From Acidimicrobiia bacterium (GTDB lineage Bacteria; Actinomycetota; Acidimicrobiia; IMCC26256; JACDBD01), in contig DASYQJ010000251.1 of NCBI GenBank assembly GCA_036005605.1, forward strand, positions 1,105 to 65,104: a DNA stretch of 64,000 nt, given 5' to 3'. The position numbers and the translations under genes are program-made. Shown piece after piece: positions 1-8,840 of this stretch. Numbering within the stretch: position 1 is the stretch's first letter; every line of letters starts with the position of its first letter. Under the pieces are notes generated by a model, which had not been told where the DNA came from, searched no databases, and saw only the letters and a list, made by a program, of their open reading frames with translations.

Positions 1-132
1 GCCCTGTTCGCCCTCGGGCTGTCGTTGCTGCGCGTCGGGGACCGAAGTGGCGCGCGCCGTCCGCTCAAGCTCGCGGTCGCGATGCGCCCCGAGATGGACC
101 ATTACCGAGACGCGCTGTCCGCCGCCGAGTGA
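1..132 (+). CDS. 3' end of an upstream CDS (partial, function unknown)
   Basis: Frame 1 is open from the window edge to TGA 130-132 (...LKLAVAMRPEMDHYRDALSAAE*). The stop overlaps GTG 129 of the next gene (GTGA). Too short to name. Confidence 0.3.
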   Translation, partial: ALFALGLSLLRVGDRSGARRPLKLAVAMRPEMDHYRDALSAAE

Positions 133-932
133 CGCCTGACCACCCGGTCGTCTGCTGCGACCTCGACGGCGTGTTGTGGCGCGGGGACGAGCCGATCCCG
201 GGCGCCGGCGCCGCAATCACGGGGCTGCGCGACGCAGGGTTCCGAGTGGCGTTCGTCTCCAACAACTCCAGTCAGCCCATCGGCGAGGTTGCCGCCAAGC
301 TCGCCGCCGCCGGCGTGCCGGCGTCGTCCGACGACGTGATCACGAGCGCGGTATCGGCCGCGACCTTGCTGGCCGCGGGCCTGGATCCGGGTTCGCCCGT
401 GCTCGCATGTGCCGGACCGGGCGTGGTCGAAGCGCTCGAGGCGGCGGGGCTGCAGCCCGTCACGCGCGAACCGGCCGCCGCGGTCGTCGTCGGCCTGCAT
501 CGGGGGTTCGACTTCGACGAGCTCGACCGTGCCTCTGCTGCCGTGCGCGGCGGTGCCCGGTTCGTGGCCACCAATCTCGACGCGACGTATCCCGTTCCCG
601 GGGGCATGATCCCGGGGTCGGGAGCGATCGCCGCTGCCGTCGCGACCGCCGCCGGGCATGCCCCGGAAGTCGCCGGGAAACCCGAACGTCCCATGGTCGA
701 CCTGATCCGCGCGCGCTTCGGTTCGTCGGGCCTTGTCGTGGGGGATCGGCCGTCGACCGACGGTGCGCTGGCGACTGCGCTCGGCTGGCCGTTCGCTCTC
801 GTGCTGTCGGGGGTGACCCAGCGCGATGCTCCGGTCGGGGGCGAGTCGATCCCCGAGCCGTCGCCGCCGTTCGTCGCCGACGACCTCGCCGCGCTCGTGC
901 CGCAGCTCCTCGACAGAATGACGGGTGGCTGA
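129..932 (+). CDS. HAD-superfamily phosphatase (NagD/subfamily IIA-like)
   Basis: 267-aa ORF. Motif I CCDLDGVLW (DxDxV), motif II FVSNNS, late GD motif (VVGDRPSTD). Confidence 0.85.
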   Translation: MTPDHPVVCCDLDGVLWRGDEPIPGAGAAITGLRDAGFRVAFVSNNSSQPIGEVAAKLAAAGVPASSDDVITSAVSAATLLAAGLDPGSPVLACAGPGVVEALEAAGLQPVTREPAAAVVVGLHRGFDFDELDRASAAVRGGARFVATNLDATYPVPGGMIPGSGAIAAAVATAAGHAPEVAGKPERPMVDLIRARFGSSGLVVGDRPSTDGALATALGWPFALVLSGVTQRDAPVGGESIPEPSPPFVADDLAALVPQLLDRMTGG

Positions 933-961
933 GCGACGCGCGACGCGTCACCGAATCGGCG

Positions 962-1777
962 TCAGCGGCCCCATCCCCACTGCGGCGGCTCCGCCGGGCG
1001 AACACGCTGGCGCGGCGGCCCGAACAGCCCCCGAAGCGCGAGGGCGATTCCGGCGCCGGCGACGAACCCGCCGACGTGTGCCAGCCACGCCACGCCGGAG
1101 TTCGGGTTGAAGCTGGTCACGAACTGTGAGCCGAACCAGATCGCGAGCAGGACCGCGGCGGGCAGATAGACGGGCAAGAAGAACAGCAGCGCGATGACGG
1201 TCAACACTCGTGCGCGCGGCCAAAAGACCAGATACGCGCCCATGACGCCCGCGATCGCTCCCGATGCGCCGATCACCGGCTGCGTCGAGCCGGGATCTGC
1301 GAGGTAGTGCGCAGCCATCGCTGCTACGCCGACCACGAAGTAGAAGACCGTGAATCCGATGTGACCGAAGTGGTCCTCGACGTTGTTGCCGAAGATCCAC
1401 AGGAACAGCATGTTGCCCGCGAGGTGCAGGATGGAGCCGTGTAAGAACATGGATGCGAAGACCGCGACCCAGACGTTCTTGTCGGGGAAGACCTCGCGGG
1501 AGTCGGTCCTTGCCGCTGCCGTGCAGCTGCCGGTGTTGAGCTCGCGTACCGTGGCCGGCTCGCCTTGATTTAGCTCGCACGGGATCGCGGCGTGCTCGAG
1601 CGTGAACGCGGTGTCCCGCGACGTGCCGAGACGTGTGTCGACGCCGCTGTGGGGTTGGATCAACAGGTACACGAAGACGTTGAGGGCAATGATCGCGACC
1701 GTGACGAACGGGAATCGCTCGGTCGGATTGTCATCGTGGAGCGGGATGACCATGGCGTTCGCACGATACCGGTCCAC
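962..1777 (-). CDS. Rhomboid family intramembrane serine protease
   Basis: Polytopic 271-aa ORF. Carries HLAGNMLFLWIFG and the catalytic-Ser motif GASGAIAGVMGAY. Alternative start at ATG 1753 (MVIPLHDDNP). Confidence 0.9.
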   Translation of the reverse strand: MDRYRANAMVIPLHDDNPTERFPFVTVAIIALNVFVYLLIQPHSGVDTRLGTSRDTAFTLEHAAIPCELNQGEPATVRELNTGSCTAAARTDSREVFPDKNVWVAVFASMFLHGSILHLAGNMLFLWIFGNNVEDHFGHIGFTVFYFVVGVAAMAAHYLADPGSTQPVIGASGAIAGVMGAYLVFWPRARVLTVIALLFFLPVYLPAAVLLAIWFGSQFVTSFNPNSGVAWLAHVGGFVAGAGIALALRGLFGPPRQRVRPAEPPQWGWGR

Positions 1778-1812
1778 CGCGAAAGCCCCACGGCGGGTAA
1801 TCTGCGCGCGCT

Positions 1813-2613
1813 GTGCGCCGCCGACTCGATGCCGAACTGGTGCGACGCGGTCTCACCGCAAGCCGGCAGCGAGCGCTCGAGGAGATCGCGGCAGGTCACG
1901 TGCTCGTCGGCGGGCTGCCGGCGCAATCCGCGGCGCGGCGAGTCACTGCCGACGAGTCGATCCGCGTCAGCGGTGAAGGCCCGAGATTCGTCTCGCGCGG
2001 CGGCGACAAGCTCGAGGCCGCGCTGGACCACTTTCACCTGGACGTCACCGGGCGGCGCGCCCTCGATGCCGGCGCCTCGACAGGCGGGTTCACCGACTGC
2101 CTGCTGCAAGCCGGCGCGGCGCACGTCGTGGCGGTGGATGTCGGGCGCGGGCAGCTGGCGTGGTCGCTTCGAACCGACCCTCGGGTGACCGCTTTCGAGC
2201 GGACCAACGTCCGCAATCTCGCGCCCGACGACATCAGCGGGCGGGTCGACCTGTGCACGGCCGATCTCTCGTTCATCTCGTTGTCCGTGTGCGCGCCGGC
2301 ACTGGCTCGATGCACGACCGACGACGCGGACCTGGTGCTGCTCGTGAAGCCGCAGTTCGAGGCGGGGCGCGCCCAGGTCGGCAAGGGCGGCGTGGTCAGG
2401 GACGCCTCGGTGCATCGATCGGTGGTCCGCCGCGTTCGCGACGGTCTCGCGGCTGCGGGCATCGACGCGGTTGCGGCGATGCCGTCACCGCTGCGCGGCG
2501 CGGACGGCAACGTCGAGTTCTTCTTCCACGCCCGCACAGACGGCGCCGGAACCCTCGGTGACGAGGCTCTGGACGCCGCGGTCGATCGTGCGCACACCGG
2601 AGCGGTCTCGTGA
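1813..2613 (+). CDS. tlyA: TlyA family rRNA (cytidine-2'-O)-methyltransferase
   Basis: S4-like N-terminus (RLDAELVRRGL), FVSRGGDKL, SAM-binding LDAGASTGGFTD. GTG start. Confidence 0.9.
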   Translation: MRRRLDAELVRRGLTASRQRALEEIAAGHVLVGGLPAQSAARRVTADESIRVSGEGPRFVSRGGDKLEAALDHFHLDVTGRRALDAGASTGGFTDCLLQAGAAHVVAVDVGRGQLAWSLRTDPRVTAFERTNVRNLAPDDISGRVDLCTADLSFISLSVCAPALARCTTDDADLVLLVKPQFEAGRAQVGKGGVVRDASVHRSVVRRVRDGLAAAGIDAVAAMPSPLRGADGNVEFFFHARTDGAGTLGDEALDAAVDRAHTGAVS

Positions 2614-3482
2614 CGAGCGCTGTCAAAACGGTCGGGCTGGTCCCGCATCGTGAGCGCACACGCGCTCACGAACTGGCGGCGCAGACGGCGAAGTGGCTCA
2701 CCGACCACGGCGTGTCCGTGCGAGTGCCGGAAGACGACGCCGATCCGTGCGGCCTCGAACACCTGGCGTGCCCGCAGTCCGAGTTCGCGAAGGGGCTCGA
2801 CGTCGTCGTGTCGCTCGGCGGTGACGGCACCATGTTGCGCACGGTCGACATGGTCTACGAAGCCGGGGTGCCGGTACTCGGGGTGAACGTCGGCGACCTC
2901 GGCTACCTGACCGAGGTCGATCCCGACCCCGAAGCAATCGACCGTGCGCTCGAGAAGTTGCTGGCAGGTGACTACGACGTCGCCGAGCGCACTGTCCTCC
3001 AGGTCGACGTGGCGACCAGCGGGCAGGCGTCGGGACGCTGGTGGGCGCTGAACGAGGCCGTCCTGGAGAAGGTGCAGAGCGGTCGCTTGGTCCGTCTCGA
3101 CGTGCTCATCAACGGCGCGTTCTTCACTACCTACGCAGCCGATGGCGTGATCGTGTCGACGCCGACGGGGTCGACCGCGTACTCGTTCTCCGCACGCGGG
3201 CCGATCGTGTCGCCGAACCACCGTTGCCTGCTCTTGACGCCCGTGTCTCCGCACATGCTGTTCGACCGGGCGCTCGTGCTCGGCGCGGACGAGGAGCTCC
3301 GCTTCGTCGTGATCGACGAGCGGAGGGCCGTTCTCACCCTCGACGGGCGCGTGCTCGGAACGCTGGAGCCGGACGACACCGTGACGTGCACGGGCGGCCC
3401 GCATCCGGCCCGTATCGTGACGTTCAGCCCGCGCGACTTCCATCAGATCCTGAAGGCCAAGTTCGGCCTCGCCGACCGGTAG
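2610..3482 (+). CDS. nadK: NAD kinase
   Basis: GGDGTMLR and TPTGSTAYSFSA motifs. GTG start overlaps the tlyA stop (GTGA). Confidence 0.92.
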   Translation: MTSAVKTVGLVPHRERTRAHELAAQTAKWLTDHGVSVRVPEDDADPCGLEHLACPQSEFAKGLDVVVSLGGDGTMLRTVDMVYEAGVPVLGVNVGDLGYLTEVDPDPEAIDRALEKLLAGDYDVAERTVLQVDVATSGQASGRWWALNEAVLEKVQSGRLVRLDVLINGAFFTTYAADGVIVSTPTGSTAYSFSARGPIVSPNHRCLLLTPVSPHMLFDRALVLGADEELRFVVIDERRAVLTLDGRVLGTLEPDDTVTCTGGPHPARIVTFSPRDFHQILKAKFGLADR

Positions 3483-3496
3483 CGAGCGCTCCCGCG

Positions 3497-5128
3497 GTGT
3501 TGACCGAGCTGCACGTCGCCGACCTCGGGATCGTCGCCGATCTCACGCTCGTGCTCGGTCGCGGGCTCGCCGCGATCACCGGCGAGACCGGCGCGGGCAA
3601 GACGCTGCTCGTCGAGGCGGTCGAGCTCCTCGTCGGAGGACGCGCCGACACGACGCTCGTGCGCGACGGCGCCAGCGAAGCGCGCGTCGAAGGTCGATTC
3701 GTCGACGGCGACACCGGCGCGGAGGTCGTGTTGGCGCGCGTCGTGCCGCTGGACGGGCGCAGCCGTGCCTACGTCGACGGGCGGCTCGCAACCGTCGGCG
3801 AGCTCGCCGAGGTGGGCGCCCGTCTCGTCGACCTTCATGGCCAGCATGCGCATCAATCCCTCCTCGCGCCGGCGGTGCAACGCGCCGCCCTCGATCGCTT
3901 CATCGGACCGCCAGCGACCGATCCCCTCGCCGCGCACCGCGCCGCCCGAGCCGAGATGCGACGCATCGACGCCGAGCTCGCCGGACTCGGCGGCGACGAG
4001 CGGGCCCGTGCGCGCGAGCTCGACCTGCTGCGCTTTCAGATCGACGAGATCGAGGCCGCCGGCCTCGACGACGTGAGCGAGGACGTCGCCCTTGAAGCCG
4101 AGGAGGCACTGCTCGCCGACGCGCTGGCGCACCGCGAAGCCCTGGCGACGGCGTACGGCGCCGTCGAGGGACCGGCGCTCGACGCGGTCGGCGCCGCTGC
4201 GGCGGCGCTCGCGGGCCGCGGTCCGTTCGCAGAGCTCGCCGAGCGGCTCCGCGCCACACAAGCCGAGCTGGCCGAGCTGGGGAGCGAGCTGCGTGTCGCA
4301 CGCGACACGGTGGAGGACGACCCGCAGCGACTGGAGGAGATCCGGGTGCGGCGGAAGCTCCTGCGCGAGCTCACGCGGAAGTACGGCGAGACGCTCGCGG
4401 ACGTGCGCGCGTACGGCGGGGACACCCGCCGGCGGCTCGCCGAGCTCCAGGCCTACGAGGCGCGAGCCGCCGAGCTCGAACAGGCACGGGAGGCGATACG
4501 CGCGCAGGCCGTCGAGGCCGCGGCCGCGTTGTCGCGGGCTCGGCAGGCCGGAGCCGGTGCTCTCGCCGAGGCCGTCACGCCGCACCTCCGGGAGCTCGCG
4601 ATGCCGGCAGCCGCCTTCACGGTCGTCGTGGAGCCGGGGGAGCCGACCGACGACGGCGCGGACCGGATCACGTTCCTCATCTCCGCCAACCCCGGGGAGC
4701 CGCCTCGACCGCTCGGCAAGGTCGCGTCGGGTGGTGAGCTCTCACGCGCGATGCTGGCAGCGCGCGTGGTGCTCTCCGAGGCGCCGCCCACGCTGGTGTT
4801 CGACGAGGTCGACGCCGGCATCGGGGGTGAGGCGGGAGCCGCGGTGGGCCGTCTGCTCGCCGACCTCGCCGGCGCCCACCAGGTGCTGGTCGTGACGCAC
4901 CTCGCGCAGGTGGCGGCCTACGCGGACGCGCAGGTCGTGGTCGAGAAGCGCGAGCAGGGGAAGCGCACGGTGGCGAGCGCCGAGACGGTGGCCGGCGAGG
5001 AGCGGGTGCGCGAGCTGTCGCGCATGCTCGCGGGGGTCGGAGAGTCCGCGCACGCCCGCAGCCACGCCGCCGAGCTGCTCGATGCCGGTGAGAGCTTCAA
5101 GCGGGCGAGGACCCATGGCGCGGCGTAG
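3497..5128 (+). CDS. recN: DNA repair protein RecN
   Basis: Walker A GETGAGKT, long coiled-coil middle, signature GGELSR, Walker B LVFDEVDAG. Start set to GTG 3497 (VLTELHVADLG). The tracked ORF from 3041 overlaps nadK and is rejected. Confidence 0.95.
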   Translation: MLTELHVADLGIVADLTLVLGRGLAAITGETGAGKTLLVEAVELLVGGRADTTLVRDGASEARVEGRFVDGDTGAEVVLARVVPLDGRSRAYVDGRLATVGELAEVGARLVDLHGQHAHQSLLAPAVQRAALDRFIGPPATDPLAAHRAARAEMRRIDAELAGLGGDERARARELDLLRFQIDEIEAAGLDDVSEDVALEAEEALLADALAHREALATAYGAVEGPALDAVGAAAAALAGRGPFAELAERLRATQAELAELGSELRVARDTVEDDPQRLEEIRVRRKLLRELTRKYGETLADVRAYGGDTRRRLAELQAYEARAAELEQAREAIRAQAVEAAAALSRARQAGAGALAEAVTPHLRELAMPAAAFTVVVEPGEPTDDGADRITFLISANPGEPPRPLGKVASGGELSRAMLAARVVLSEAPPTLVFDEVDAGIGGEAGAAVGRLLADLAGAHQVLVVTHLAQVAAYADAQVVVEKREQGKRTVASAETVAGEERVRELSRMLAGVGESAHARSHAAELLDAGESFKRARTHGAA

Positions 5129-6278
5129 CACGCGTGCGGCGACGACCGTCACCGGAACGGCGCGCATCGACCGCCGGACCAAGGACCTCGTGAAGCGTCT
5201 CCAGCCGGGGGACATCGCCGTGATCAATCACCGTGATCTCGACCGGGTCGCCGCCGAAGGGCTGGTAGGAGCGGGCGTGGGCGCGGTCGTGAACGCGGGC
5301 GAGTCGATCTCGGGCCGGTACCCGAACGGCGGGCCGATCCGGGTCGTGCAGGCCGGCATCCCGCTCGTCGACCGAGCCGGTGAGGACGTGCTCGACCGCT
5401 TGCACGAGGGCGAGCAGGTTCGCATCGACGGTGCCGAGATCTGGCGCAATGACGAGCTGATCGCCACCGGCGAGGCGCTCTCCGCCGCCGAGATCCAAGC
5501 CTCCATGGACGCGGCGCGCGCCGCGATCGGCGGCGAGCTCGAGCGGTTCGCGGTGAACACCCTCGAGTACATCCAGCGCGAGGCGAAGCTGACGTTCGAG
5601 CCGATCGAGCTGCCTCCGATCAAGACGCAGTTCCGCGGCCGGCACGCCCTCGTCGTCGTGCGCGGCCACGACTACCGGACCGACCTCGCGGCCCTCCGCC
5701 CCTACATCCGCGAGTACCAACCGGTGCTGATCGGTGTCGACGGCGGCGCCGACGCCCTCCTCGAGATGCGGCTCAAGCCCGACATCATCATCGGCGATTT
5801 CGACTCGGTGTCGGATGTCGCCCTCGGCACGGGTGCCGAGCTCATCCATCACGTGCATCTCGACGGGCGGGCGCCGGGTCGAGAAGCGCTGCAAGCCTGG
5901 GGCGCCCCGTACCACGAGTTCGTCGTCGACGGCACCAGCGAAGACGTCGCCATGCTGCTGGCGTACGAAGCCGGCGCCCAGCTCATCGTCGCCGTCGGGA
6001 CGCACGCGTCCATGGTGGAGTTCCTCGACAAGGGCCGCAGAGGCATGTCGTCGACGTTCCTCACCCGGCTCCGGCTCGGCCCGGCGCTCGTCGACGCCAA
6101 GGGTGTGAACCGCCTCTACGAGGGACGGGTCAGGCGGCGCGACATCGCATTGCTGGTGGGATCGGCCATCCTGGCGATCATCGTCGTGAGCATCGTGTCG
6201 GAGCCCATTCACGTCTTCCTGCGGGGGATCGAGCTGACCCTGCGCGACCTGTGGTTCTCGATCTCCGACACGTTCTGA
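5115..6278 (+). CDS. steA: SteA-like cytokinetic/cell-separation protein (Rv1697-like)
   Basis: N-terminus TGTARIDRRTKDLVKRLQPGDIAVINHRDLD, GDFDS segment and C-terminal TM helix. Sits directly after recN, as in other actinobacteria. ATG 5115 preferred over 5082. Confidence 0.75.
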   Translation: MARRSTRAATTVTGTARIDRRTKDLVKRLQPGDIAVINHRDLDRVAAEGLVGAGVGAVVNAGESISGRYPNGGPIRVVQAGIPLVDRAGEDVLDRLHEGEQVRIDGAEIWRNDELIATGEALSAAEIQASMDAARAAIGGELERFAVNTLEYIQREAKLTFEPIELPPIKTQFRGRHALVVVRGHDYRTDLAALRPYIREYQPVLIGVDGGADALLEMRLKPDIIIGDFDSVSDVALGTGAELIHHVHLDGRAPGREALQAWGAPYHEFVVDGTSEDVAMLLAYEAGAQLIVAVGTHASMVEFLDKGRRGMSSTFLTRLRLGPALVDAKGVNRLYEGRVRRRDIALLVGSAILAIIVVSIVSEPIHVFLRGIELTLRDLWFSISDTF

Positions 6279-6282
6279 TCGC

Positions 6283-7230
6283 ATGATCAACTTCCGATTC
6301 CACATCGTGTCGCTCATCGCGGTCTTTCTCGCGCTCGCAGTGGGCGTCGTGTTCGGCGCGACGGTCGTGAACAGCGCGATCGTCGACCGACTCAACAACC
6401 GGATCGACACCGTCGAGGACAACGCGAACAAGCGGAAGGCGGAGAGCGACGAGCTGCGAGGCGAGGTCGGCCAGCTCCAGGGCTACATCGACGGCACGAA
6501 GGACTTCGCGGTCTCGGGGCGCCTCGACGGCATCACGCTCGCCACGATCGCGACGAGGGGCGTCGACGGCGACTCCGTCAAGCAGACCGTCGAGCTCGCG
6601 CAGCAGGCCGGTGCGAGGGCGCCCGGGATCATCTGGTTGGAGGAGAAGCTGACGCTCTCGGACGCCGATGCGCTGAAACAGCTCGGCGACCTGCTCGGGA
6701 GATCGGGCCAGAGCGCCAAGGCGACGCGGGACGAAGCGTGGAACGCGCTCGCCAGCCGCGTGGCGACCGGCGGGGGAGCGGCCGCGAACGGCCGCGATCT
6801 TCTCACCGCGCTGGCCGATGACGGGTACATCAGCTTCGAGCCGGTTGGCGACCAGGGTGACAGCCTCTCCGCCGCGTCGTTCACGGGCGGGGACGTTCGG
6901 GTGCTCCTCGTCGACGGACCCAACGGACAGATCGCCGGCAACGAAGTTCTTGCACCGCTCAGCAACGCGCTCGTTGCGAACCGCCTGCGCCTCGTGGTCG
7001 GAGAGGTCTTCGCGGAGAAGGACGGCGGCCCGAAGCGCGGCGCCCTGCTGACGCCCATCCGCGAGAGCGATGGCCTCAAGCAGGCAGTCTCCACCGTCGA
7101 TGACCTCGACCGTGTGGAAGGCCACGTCAGCGCCGTGCTTGCCCTGGCCGACCTGAACCGCAACGTGGTCGGACAGTACGGGTACGGCACGGGGGCGACG
7201 AAGAGCGCGCCGGAATGGTCGAACCAGTAG
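6283..7230 (+). CDS. MctB/SteB-like membrane protein (Rv1698-like, DUF3186-like)
   Basis: N-terminal TM helix MINFRFHIVSLIAVFLALAVG, then a coiled-coil and an extracytoplasmic domain. Synteny with steA. Confidence 0.7.
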   Translation: MINFRFHIVSLIAVFLALAVGVVFGATVVNSAIVDRLNNRIDTVEDNANKRKAESDELRGEVGQLQGYIDGTKDFAVSGRLDGITLATIATRGVDGDSVKQTVELAQQAGARAPGIIWLEEKLTLSDADALKQLGDLLGRSGQSAKATRDEAWNALASRVATGGGAAANGRDLLTALADDGYISFEPVGDQGDSLSAASFTGGDVRVLLVDGPNGQIAGNEVLAPLSNALVANRLRLVVGEVFAEKDGGPKRGALLTPIRESDGLKQAVSTVDDLDRVEGHVSAVLALADLNRNVVGQYGYGTGATKSAPEWSNQ

Positions 7231-8840
7231 CCGGCGCGCGGTCGGTCTCGCGATCGGCCGCGGGCATGGGCGTGGCCGCCGGGGCCTCGCGCGTGATCGG
7301 GTTCGCCCGCGTCCTGGCGATCGCCGCAATTCTCGGGACGACGTACCTGGGCAACACGTTCACATCTTCGAACTACGTGTCGAACGTGCTGTTCGAGCTG
7401 CTGGCGGCGGGCGCGCTCTCAGCGGTGCTCGTGCCCACGCTCGTGGACCTGCTCGCTCGTCCCGACGAGCCGGAGGCGGAACGCCTCGCCGGCAGTGTGC
7501 TGGGAATCGCGCTGATCGTGCTGGGCGCGGTGACGGTCGTGGGCGTCATCGCCGCGCCGTGGCTTGCCCGCCTCCTCTCCAGCGGCGTCGACGACCCGTC
7601 GATCGCCGCGCAGCAGGAGAGCCTGGCGACGTTCCTCCTGCGGTTCTTCGTGCCGCAGGTGTTGCTCTACGCGGTCGGCACCGTTGCGATCGCCGTCCTC
7701 TACGCCAAGCGCCGGTTCGTCATCACGGCGATCGCGCCCATCGGGAACACGATCCTGATCGTGGCCGGGCTGGTGATGTTCCGTGTCCTGACCGGCGGCG
7801 ACACAGGGCTCGACTTGTCGCTGGCCGAGAAGCTCACGCTCGCCCTGAGCGCCACGCTCGGCGTCGCCGCGTTCGTCGCGGTGCCGAGCATCGCCTTGCA
7901 CCGCACGGGCTTCCGGTTACGGCCACGCCTGGCGCGCGGCGACCCGGAGGTGAACCGGCTCCTGCGACTGTCGGGATGGGCGGTCCTCCAGCACGCCGAG
8001 ATCGGCCTGCTGCTGGGCGCCGCGATCGTGCTCGGCAACTCGGTCGAGGGCGGCACGGTCGCGTACCAGGTTGCGTGGGTGTTCTTCCTCGCGCCCTACG
8101 GCGTCATCGCCCAGCCGATCCACACCGCGATCCACAACGAGCTGTCGCTCGACGCGGCACGCGCGGATCTGGCCGCGTTCGCACGCTCGTTGCGGTGGGC
8201 GCTCGACGCGATGGCGGTGCTCATCGTCCCCGTGTCGGCGGCGATGATCGCGCTCGCCCGACCCGGCATGATCGTGTTCGCGTTCGGCGAGGCCGCCGAG
8301 AACGGAGTGAACCTGCTGGCGGCGGGGCTCGCGTCCCTGGCGATCGGGCTCTACGCCTACGGGGTGTTCCTCATGCTCGCTCGGGCGTACTACGCGCTCG
8401 GCGACAGCCGGACGCCGGCCGTCGTCGCCCTCGCCACCGGCATCGGCGGGGTTGTCGCGATGGGTGTCGGCGTGTGGCTCACCGAGGGCGCGGCGCGAGT
8501 GGCGGCGCTCGGCATCGGCCACACGATCGCGTACACGGTGGGCGCCGTGGTGCTGGCCGTCGGCCTGTCTCGCCGCACCGGCCATGCGATCGTGCCCGGT
8601 GCACTTCCGCGCGCCGTGGCTCTGTCGGTGGTGGTCGGCGGAGCGGGATGGTGGGTCGCCTCCGTGCTCGATCCCTCGGGCCGCGTCGCCAACGCCGTGC
8701 TGTGCACGGTGATCGTGCTCGTCGGCGGAGCGCTGTATCTCCTGGGCGTCCGAGTGACCGGCGGACGCATCGAGCGCCGGCGGATCGTCGAGCCGGACGT
8801 GCCCGGACTGGAACCGGACAGCGCCGAGGTCGAGGCGTGA
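7215..8840 (+). CDS. murJ: Lipid II flippase MurJ/MviN family
   Basis: 541-aa polytopic protein. N-terminal SRVIGFARVLAIAAILGTTYLGNTFTSSN pattern typical of MurJ. Confidence 0.85.
   Translation: MVEPVAGARSVSRSAAGMGVAAGASRVIGFARVLAIAAILGTTYLGNTFTSSNYVSNVLFELLAAGALSAVLVPTLVDLLARPDEPEAERLAGSVLGIALIVLGAVTVVGVIAAPWLARLLSSGVDDPSIAAQQESLATFLLRFFVPQVLLYAVGTVAIAVLYAKRRFVITAIAPIGNTILIVAGLVMFRVLTGGDTGLDLSLAEKLTLALSATLGVAAFVAVPSIALHRTGFRLRPRLARGDPEVNRLLRLSGWAVLQHAEIGLLLGAAIVLGNSVEGGTVAYQVAWVFFLAPYGVIAQPIHTAIHNELSLDAARADLAAFARSLRWALDAMAVLIVPVSAAMIALARPGMIVFAFGEAAENGVNLLAAGLASLAIGLYAYGVFLMLARAYYALGDSRTPAVVALATGIGGVVAMGVGVWLTEGAARVAALGIGHTIAYTVGAVVLAVGLSRRTGHAIVPGALPRAVALSVVVGGAGWWVASVLDPSGRVANAVLCTVIVLVGGALYLLGVRVTGGRIERRRIVEPDVPGLEPDSAEVEA

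Noticed and set aside
3041-3496. Upstream extensions of tracked ORFs: recN from 3041, pgsA from 38516, the DksA-like gene from 16661, M50 from 16977, HD from 17429, der from 27272, pccB from 28548, ispH to 26918, thyX to 58942
   Set aside because: The extensions overlap the preceding genes and are Arg/Pro-rich. The conserved N-termini and SD or stop-start coupling identify internal starts.
3400-3500. Actinobacterial LexA box (TCGAAC-N4-GTTCGA) upstream of recN, and CRISPR-like spaced repeats anywhere in the window
   Set aside because: No such palindrome is seen near recN. The isolated TCGAAC hexamers elsewhere lack a partner. No regularly spaced direct repeats were found apart from the tRNA-derived ones.
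7559-8836. N-terminal 426 codons of the 1192-aa tracked ORF 7559..11137
   Set aside because: It overlaps murJ in another frame and has Arg/Gly/Pro-rich shadow composition. The real gene starts at GTG 8837 with a signal-anchor sequence, coupled to the murJ stop.
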